DNA of 35,747 nt from a virus (lineage: Duplodnaviria; Caudoviricetes), in the IMG/VR virus record IMGVR_UViG_3300033067_001185, positions 1-35,747 of that record; one strand, written 5' to 3'. Made by a program: the position numbers and the translations under genes. This document shows positions 30,057-35,747 of the stretch, piece by piece; the first letter of the stretch is position 1, and each line of letters begins with the position of its first letter. The notes beneath the pieces are model-generated. The model was given only the letters and a program-made list of their open reading frames with translations. It did no database searches and was not told the origin of the DNA.

Positions 30057-30357
30057 TGACTTGTTCCTTTATGTTGGCTTCTTTCATCATCGTCACAAAC
30101 TGGTCGGGGCAGTTGGTGACAATGTCGTTGTAGACTCTAAGCCCGACATTGCGTTCGCCTTTGGAATAGGCTTCGATCAGGGCATCGCCGGTGAAGGGAT
30201 CGGAGAAGATGTGGCAGGTAACGAGGAATTCGTGGAACCAAGCCCGGCCTTGGAGGGTGTCCATTGCCGCGCAGATGAATTCGATCCGAGAGCGTTCATC
30301 GACTGCGGCCTGCTTCTCGGCTACTCGGATGGATTTGCGCTGGGCCGCATTGCGCAT
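29947..30357 (-). CDS. Bbp19-like small protein between portal and scaffold
   Basis: AMDTLQGRAWF...AYSKGERNVGL pattern. Confidence 0.65.
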   Translation of the reverse strand: MRNAAQRKSIRVAEKQAAVDERSRIEFICAAMDTLQGRAWFHEFLVTCHIFSDPFTGDALIEAYSKGERNVGLRVYNDIVTNCPDQFVTMMKEANIKEQVNDRRDDDNSGDDDGDYDDGADDRATGELAGREDIYR

Positions 30358-30533
30358 TAGTGCACCGTGTAGATGGTGACCATTTCCTTGGCCACACCCA
30401 CGAAGTCATCGGCAGCGACCTTGACCACGACCGCTTCGGCCGAGGCTAGGTCTTCAACCTTGTCCCCGTCGCGGTTCACAAGACCGACGATGGGAAAGGA
30501 ATTCCCATGGGAGTCTTCTACCATGTATCTCAT
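30357..30533 (-). CDS. 58-aa hypothetical protein
   Basis: Not in ORF track. MRYMVEDSHGNSFPIVGLVNRDGDKVED...IYTVH; ATGA/TAATG coupling. Confidence 0.6.
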   Translation of the reverse strand: MRYMVEDSHGNSFPIVGLVNRDGDKVEDLASAEAVVVKVAADDFVGVAKEMVTIYTVH

Positions 30534-32263
30534 TGGCCACCCCCAGTCATTGCCGATAGGATATTCTGGCCTCCACCGACATCGGCTTGGGCCAGATTCT
30601 TGGCGCCCTTGGAAAGCTGCTCCGCGATCTGCGCTTGCTGGGCCTGTTGCTGGGCCTGCGCACGTTGCTGGCGGATTTGAGCCAAGGCCTCCGGACTTCT
30701 GATCATCTTAGGATCATTGTTCAGTAGGCTGGAATATTTGTCAAGGGAATAGTCAACATCGATGTTGTCCATAGCCTCAGGGACTACGCCGACGAGATTA
30801 CCGGCCAGGGATAGGACTCGCTCGATGGAACCAGCCTGGGTTGCCTGTTGGGCCTTGGCGAGCATCGAGACGAATTCGATGTTCATCAGCTGGCCTTGAA
30901 TTTCAGGCGGGGGCGGAGGGATAATCTCAGCGCGATTGGCAATGGCGAAGACGCGTTCGATCAGAGGCTTAAGGACCTCGTTGTCGATGCGTTCGAGTGC
31001 GGGGCCGAGCATGACGAGGGATTCGGACTTACGCAGGTCCCACTCGACAGCGGTGACGTTGGACCGGGTTTCGTACTGAGACGCAACCTTGAGAACGTCG
31101 TTGAAGAAGATTTGGGACAGCCGAGTTTTGACCTCGGTCAGGTCTTCGGTGATTTCTTGGACCGGGAACTTGGTGTCGTAGACGGATGAGAACCCGGGCT
31201 TGCCGGATGCGGTGTAGCCTGCGACATAGGTGACGCCACCGGGGGTCAGGTTCGCCGGCTGGTTCTTGAGTTGGACGTCGGCGACGAGCGGCGGGTTGAC
31301 CATCTTGTCGATGGCTTGGGCCTTGCGCCGGGTCTCGAGCTGAAGTTGCTTTTGATCCGGGAGCGCGTCCATGCCGGGGGAGCGGCCATAGGGATCGTTC
31401 GAGACAATGTCCCAGCGCCCGGTGACGACAGGGTTTTCGTAGTAGCCCTTGCGCCGGAGAAAGCCCGGAGGGGACGCAGCGCCGCCTTGGGGCGAGGTCG
31501 ATCCGCCCCATTCCCAGTAGGCCTCGCGGAATGCGGACCGGGGAGAGAAGCCGAATTCCTTAGCTCGGCCGTCGTCGTTGGGCTCGATGGAATGAGCGAT
31601 GATAAGTTCGCGGGTGAGGTTGGCGCCGCCCGGGTCTTCGTAGAGTTTGCGAACTGCTTCGGAGACGTTCTCGATGCCGAACTCCTTGACGCAGGCATCA
31701 ATGGTCATGGTGAATTCGCGATAGAAGACCGTCGGCCGGTACTTGCCATCGATGTCGATGTAGTATTCCCCAAGGCAGGGGTTGATGCAGTTGATGACGT
31801 TGTCGAAGTCTTCGTAGATCAACATCGTGGCTGTGCCGAAGATGACAAGGTCGTAGTAGAAGACACCGATGGAATTGTAGAAGTTGGACTCGGCGAAGAC
31901 GAGGTAAAGAAGGCGCTCGCATTCGGCGAGCCAGAGGGAAACCGGCGAGGTCTTGGTGGAGTCGAGGTGCCCGATCTTAAGCTGGAACCACGCAGCGGTC
32001 GGTGAGGATTTGCCAGAGACCAAACCGGATGCGAGATTGCGAGCGAAGATGCATCCTGAGGAATCGAGAATGTGTTGGTTGATCGGCGACCCGCGGCCCA
32101 TCATGTTCGGGGTGATGAGCCACTTGTATCGGCGAGGGAGGAAGTAATCCGCGAGCTCGCGCCAATGGGTCCACCAAGAGTATCGGTTGACGCGCAGGGC
32201 AATCAGCCGACCTTCGGAGTAGCGACGGAAGCGGATGTCGGCTTCACTTACTAGCTTTGTCAT
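30530..32263 (-). CDS. Portal (head-tail connector) protein
   Basis: WRELADYFLPRR, SNFY, DLVIFGTA, YGRSPGMDALPD, VTAVEW...LGPALER; start set at ATG 32263. Confidence 0.92.
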   Translation of the reverse strand: MTKLVSEADIRFRRYSEGRLIALRVNRYSWWTHWRELADYFLPRRYKWLITPNMMGRGSPINQHILDSSGCIFARNLASGLVSGKSSPTAAWFQLKIGHLDSTKTSPVSLWLAECERLLYLVFAESNFYNSIGVFYYDLVIFGTATMLIYEDFDNVINCINPCLGEYYIDIDGKYRPTVFYREFTMTIDACVKEFGIENVSEAVRKLYEDPGGANLTRELIIAHSIEPNDDGRAKEFGFSPRSAFREAYWEWGGSTSPQGGAASPPGFLRRKGYYENPVVTGRWDIVSNDPYGRSPGMDALPDQKQLQLETRRKAQAIDKMVNPPLVADVQLKNQPANLTPGGVTYVAGYTASGKPGFSSVYDTKFPVQEITEDLTEVKTRLSQIFFNDVLKVASQYETRSNVTAVEWDLRKSESLVMLGPALERIDNEVLKPLIERVFAIANRAEIIPPPPPEIQGQLMNIEFVSMLAKAQQATQAGSIERVLSLAGNLVGVVPEAMDNIDVDYSLDKYSSLLNNDPKMIRSPEALAQIRQQRAQAQQQAQQAQIAEQLSKGAKNLAQADVGGGQNILSAMTGGGQ

Positions 32264-32408
32264 CGGTCGCTCGCTTAAGTTCAGGGCTCGGCTCGAATTT
32301 ACCTTCCCCATGCATCTGCGCTGCGGCCATCGCAAGGTAGGTGGGGTCTACCTGAGGCGGCTGCTGAGGCTGGGTTGCGGTCCGTTTACGGATAGGAACT
32401 ACCGGCAT
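32244..32408 (-). CDS. 54-aa hypothetical protein
   Basis: Not in ORF track. MPVVPIRKRT...YLAMAAAQMHGEGKF...; fills the gap before the portal. Confidence 0.55.
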   Translation of the reverse strand: MPVVPIRKRTATQPQQPPQVDPTYLAMAAAQMHGEGKFEPSPELKRATDDKASK

Positions 32409-32410
32409 GG

Positions 32411-32623
32411 CTACTGTCCCAACAAGGTCTTGTTCGAGGTGTTCTGTTGCTGCGGGGTGGCCGCGGCAGACATAAACGACGGAGCGTTGCCGCCTTTGTT
32501 GGTCGATGGCGTCCCGACCGGCTGTTGTACCGGCGGTGCCTGTGGAGGCGGGGCGGAGTTTATAACCGTCGGCTGCTGCTGGCCTCCGCCGAAGCCGAAG
32601 ATGTGTTTGATTGCGCTGGCCAT
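32411..32623 (-). CDS. Small Pro/Gln-rich virion protein
   Basis: Ends KTLLGQ, typical of the small gene between TerL and portal. Confidence 0.65.
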   Translation of the reverse strand: MASAIKHIFGFGGGQQQPTVINSAPPPQAPPVQQPVGTPSTNKGGNAPSFMSAAATPQQQNTSNKTLLGQ

Positions 32624-34128
32624 TAGGCTAACATCCTTTCTTTGGCATAAGGATCATATTCAGTGACGGTGAGGGATTCTTGTGGGTAATCCCCACCAGC
32701 CGATCGGTTGGGATTGAGCGGATGGGCAAAGGTCAGGACCAAGGCGTCGATGTCGTCAAGGGAGATACCCGAGCCGTCTTCGTCAACAAGGTCTTCCTTG
32801 CGTTCGAGGATGATTTCATCCCGGATGTTGTAGGTGTACCGGATCGCCAGCATCTGGCGCTTGAGTTCTGGGTCCGGAGGCAGGGCCCCAGTTTTAAGCC
32901 AAGCTCGGCAGGCACCGTACATTGCTGCGCGGTTGTTGGCATATTTCTCGCCGGTGTTGCCCCAGATGGAGTTGTGGATCACGTCTTTGCCACCGAATTG
33001 AACCTCGTAGCAATGTAAGCGTTTGTTGCGAACATTGTCAACCACGCCACCGCCGACACCGCCACCGTCGATCATGATGCCATCGGCATGGTAGCGGAAG
33101 TGGGCCTGGAGGATGCGATCAGCGAGCTCAACAGTGGAGAGTCCGTTGAAGCGTTCGCGTTCGATGGTCCGGGCATCGCGGCCTTTGCGAGGGAAGATGA
33201 CCGATGCGTTCATGCCGAAGCGAGCAACGTCAACGCCGAGGGCAAGCGGATCGGACTTGTCGGTATAGACATCCCGAGACATGGCTTCGTCAATGTCCGC
33301 GGCCGAGAAGAATTCCATCAGGCCCTTACGCGGGAACTGACCTAGAACACGAACTCGAACGAAATCGGAATCGAGACCGTAGGCATCGATCCATCCTTGG
33401 AGTCGCTTTTTGTTGGTAATTCGCACGGTGCGAGAGTCGATCTGTAAGTGGTGCCATTGATTAGCAAACTTACCTCCGGGGAAACACTCACGGAACCTTC
33501 CGGAGTTTCGGGTAGGGTTCCCAAAAGCCAGCCAGATAATTTCAGTATCAGCATCGGTCAGGGCACCTTCGGCTGTTTCCCAGATGATGTCAGGGATTTC
33601 GGAGGCTTCGTCAAAGACCAATAGCAGGCGCTTGCCTTTGTTGTGAAGCCCGGCGAAGGCCGCGGGGTTCTTCTCGGACCACGGGATCATGTCGATGCGC
33701 CACGTGCGTTCGCGGTCGGGGTCCTTGGAGAATAGGCCCGTGGCCGAGAGGGTGAAATGGTCTCTGGCGAAGAAGCAAAGGTTGAACCACTTACCCAACT
33801 CGGCCCACGTTTTGGTTTTAAGCTGGGTCTCGGTGTTGGCTGTGACAACTCCACGGGTGTCAGGCGCGGTGCAGAAGGCCCATAGGCAAAGCTGGGCGAC
33901 GGTTGCGGATTTGGCAATGCCGTGGCCAGAGGCGATGGCTTCTTGGATCGCTTGGTTGAGGTCGAGGATGCCGACCTTGATTCGATTCATTAGGTCTACG
34001 GCCCAGTCCTCAGGGCCGGTTGAGTTCGCAAGGACCGTGCCTTCTTCGCCCCATGGGTAGGCTCCCATGGTGAAGGCAAGCGGGTCCCCGCGGACTTCAG
34101 CTAGCCAAGAGTGAAGGTCTTCGATCAT
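32623..34128 (-). CDS. terL: Terminase large subunit
   Basis: ASGHGIAKSA, LVFDEAS, FGNPTRNSGRF, LGVDVARFG, DDIDALVLTFA. Confidence 0.92.
   Translation of the reverse strand: MIEDLHSWLAEVRGDPLAFTMGAYPWGEEGTVLANSTGPEDWAVDLMNRIKVGILDLNQAIQEAIASGHGIAKSATVAQLCLWAFCTAPDTRGVVTANTETQLKTKTWAELGKWFNLCFFARDHFTLSATGLFSKDPDRERTWRIDMIPWSEKNPAAFAGLHNKGKRLLLVFDEASEIPDIIWETAEGALTDADTEIIWLAFGNPTRNSGRFRECFPGGKFANQWHHLQIDSRTVRITNKKRLQGWIDAYGLDSDFVRVRVLGQFPRKGLMEFFSAADIDEAMSRDVYTDKSDPLALGVDVARFGMNASVIFPRKGRDARTIERERFNGLSTVELADRILQAHFRYHADGIMIDGGGVGGGVVDNVRNKRLHCYEVQFGGKDVIHNSIWGNTGEKYANNRAAMYGACRAWLKTGALPPDPELKRQMLAIRYTYNIRDEIILERKEDLVDEDGSGISLDDIDALVLTFAHPLNPNRSAGGDYPQESLTVTEYDPYAKERMLA
33342..33554 (-). CDS. 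Candidate nested (+1 frame) 70-aa protein inside terL
   Basis: AAGGTG 9 nt before ATG 33554; ORF limits match an A/T3 patch in an otherwise C3 gene. Confidence 0.35.
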   Translation of the reverse strand: MLILKLSGWLLGTLPETPEGSVSVSPEVSLLINGTTYRSTLAPCELPTKSDSKDGSMPTVSIPISFEFVF

Positions 34129-35747
34129 GGGCAGACGTATCCGTAGTTGGCAGTCTGGCCACCGCCTGAGGGGATGGCTGTACCGGAGATAGCGCAGCCA
34201 TGGCCAGAGGCGATGGCAGCGATGTTGCCATTGACCGTGGCAGTAGCCCCGGTGAAGATGATAATGCTATAGAGTTGGGTTGAGACGGTGTTGGATGCAG
34301 TGTCGTTGTTGGTGACTGCGGCAAGGTTGGTACCAGAGATAGGGGCTACGACGATGCCGGAGTAGGTACCGGAATGGCCAGTGCCGTAGGAATTGTCAGT
34401 GACGTGGTTGCTGGAGACAACAGCGTAGGAAGACGGCGCTTGGATGTAGATGCCGTTGTAGCCGTTGAAGGTGGAGGTGACTCCGTTGACGATAAGCTGT
34501 TTGCCTGAGAAGAAGTTAATCCCGTTGCCTTGGTAGTTGGGATTCTTGGTCAGGCCAGTGCGGCCGCAGGTTTGGCCGGTGAGGCCCCCGGCGTATTCAA
34601 AGAGTCCGCCGATGATTCGATTGTTAACGCCACCACCAGTAGAGCCGTGTTTGAGGTCGAGGAGAACTCCGTCGCCGCAGTCGGCAGAGGAAGTGGCATT
34701 GATTAGGTGAATGTCGTTGATGGTGTTTAAAGGCGAGGTCGAGACATAGGCAAACCCGCCGGAATAGTTGGCGAAGGAATTAGCGTTGTACCAAGGGATG
34801 CCCATGATGGTATTGGAATTGGCGCCGTTGATGTAGTAACCTGCGCCGGTGGAGGCAGTGGTAGAGCCGTTAAATTGGCTCAAGGTATTGGTCAGGGACC
34901 ATTGAAGGGCTGAGGATGAGCCGGTGGAATAAGCCGGAAAGTAGAACCCATGGGAATAGTTTTGTTCGGCGATGCAAGAGTCGCACTGGGAAAAGTCAGT
35001 AGGGGCAAGGACGAAGCCATACCAGCTGTTCTGGACATGGATATTGCGGAAGACAGCTTGGGAAACGGCAGTTGCCGAGGCGGTGTCGGTAGCTAGGCCA
35101 TGTGCCGATGAAGTCGGTGTCGCTGATCGGTCGAGGGACATATCGGCGATGAGGATATGAACACCGCCCGCCGCAGGGCAGATGACTGACGCAGTTGTAG
35201 AGCTAGAGGTGACGGTGGTTGCGCCTTGGCCAGCGCCCCAAAGGGATTTGCCAGAGGGGACAGAGATGCAGACTGAGGTCTTGTAGGTGCCTGCGCGGAG
35301 GGAGACCGAAGAGTAATTGGTGAGGCAGGTGTTGAGGGCTGAGCCTGTGTCGGTTGCGCCGGTGTTGTCGACGGAGCAGGTAGAGACTGCGTCTACGCCG
35401 GGGGTATAGGAACCACCACCAGCCGAGCAGCTGCCCCAAGAAGGATTGGCTGATGCGCCATTGGAGTTCAGGCATTGACCAGCGGTGCCGGGCCCGAGGG
35501 CGGTCCAAGCCGAAGCGCCACGGTAGAGGAGCGAGCCTTGGGAGGAGCCAAAGACGTTGTCGAGGATATAGGTGAGGTTGGTAAAGGCTGGGTAGGTCGA
35601 GCCACCGTTGGACATGTAGACTTGGTAAAGGGAGCCTACTAAGCCAGCGACCGGGGCTGCGCCGGCGCCACCGCCATAGAGCGGGCCGTACTGGGTCAAG
35701 GCACCGGAGGATGCGATGGTGGATGCGGATGAGAAGTAGGGGATACC
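34125..35747 (-). CDS. Tail fibre/spike with pectate-lyase-like beta-helix, 5' partial
   Basis: Frame open to the window edge (GIPYFSSASTIASSGALTQYG...); DNTGATDTGSAL...AGTY...WGAG beta-helix entry motif; N/G/S/T-rich repeats. Confidence 0.8.
   Translation of the reverse strand, partial: GIPYFSSASTIASSGALTQYGPLYGGGAGAAPVAGLVGSLYQVYMSNGGSTYPAFTNLTYILDNVFGSSQGSLLYRGASAWTALGPGTAGQCLNSNGASANPSWGSCSAGGGSYTPGVDAVSTCSVDNTGATDTGSALNTCLTNYSSVSLRAGTYKTSVCISVPSGKSLWGAGQGATTVTSSSTTASVICPAAGGVHILIADMSLDRSATPTSSAHGLATDTASATAVSQAVFRNIHVQNSWYGFVLAPTDFSQCDSCIAEQNYSHGFYFPAYSTGSSSALQWSLTNTLSQFNGSTTASTGAGYYINGANSNTIMGIPWYNANSFANYSGGFAYVSTSPLNTINDIHLINATSSADCGDGVLLDLKHGSTGGGVNNRIIGGLFEYAGGLTGQTCGRTGLTKNPNYQGNGINFFSGKQLIVNGVTSTFNGYNGIYIQAPSSYAVVSSNHVTDNSYGTGHSGTYSGIVVAPISGTNLAAVTNNDTASNTVSTQLYSIIIFTGATATVNGNIAAIASGHGCAISGTAIPSGGGQTANYGYVCP

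Larger units (their letters stand above)
1..35747. mobile_element. Podovirus-like bacteriophage genome segment (BPP-1/epsilon15-like morphogenesis module with its own PolA replication module)
   Basis: TerL-portal-scaffold-capsid-cement-adaptor-nozzle-ejection-lysis genes on - strand converge on helicase-nuclease-ATPase-SSB-PolA genes on + strand; dense ATGA/TGATG coupling; no bacterial housekeeping genes. Confidence 0.95.

Noticed and set aside
27610-30360. Long + strand ORFs opposite cement, capsid and scaffold
   Set aside because: Antisense shadows of strongly biased genes
31246-31701. +1-frame ORF in the portal
   Set aside because: Same C3 shadow effect; no SD or codon anomaly
1-35747. 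Diversity-generating retroelement (as in BPP-1), integrase, tRNA genes
   Set aside because: No reverse transcriptase, template/variable repeat pair, recombinase or cloverleaf recognised in this window

Overview
The window is most of a podovirus-like dsDNA phage genome with BPP-1/epsilon15-type virion genes, probably infecting an alphaproteobacterium (inferred). The + strand (1-10.8 kb) carries early and replication genes: an M15A peptidase fragment, many coupled microproteins, a UvrD-like helicase, a Cas4/AddB-like nuclease, a Sak4-like ATPase, an SSB-like protein, a family A DNA polymerase and a DUF3987-like ATPase. The polymerase has an N-terminal uracil-DNA glycosylase domain and is split into two polypeptides by a free-standing HNH gene. 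The - strand (35.7-10.8 kb) carries tail fibre, TerL, portal, scaffold, capsid, cement, adaptor, nozzle, ejection proteins and a lysis cassette, with two more HNH genes. No integrase, primase, small terminase, tRNA or CRISPR array was seen. The most unusual signal is a likely second coding layer. The replication genes use almost only C-ending codons except in sharp patches. Six of these patches coincide with a same-strand +1-frame ORF that has its own GGAG/AAGGA Shine-Dalgarno (SD) 7-9 nt upstream, built from host codons that are rare here; one encodes a two-helix membrane protein. All family assignments are from motifs read by eye; no searches were run.
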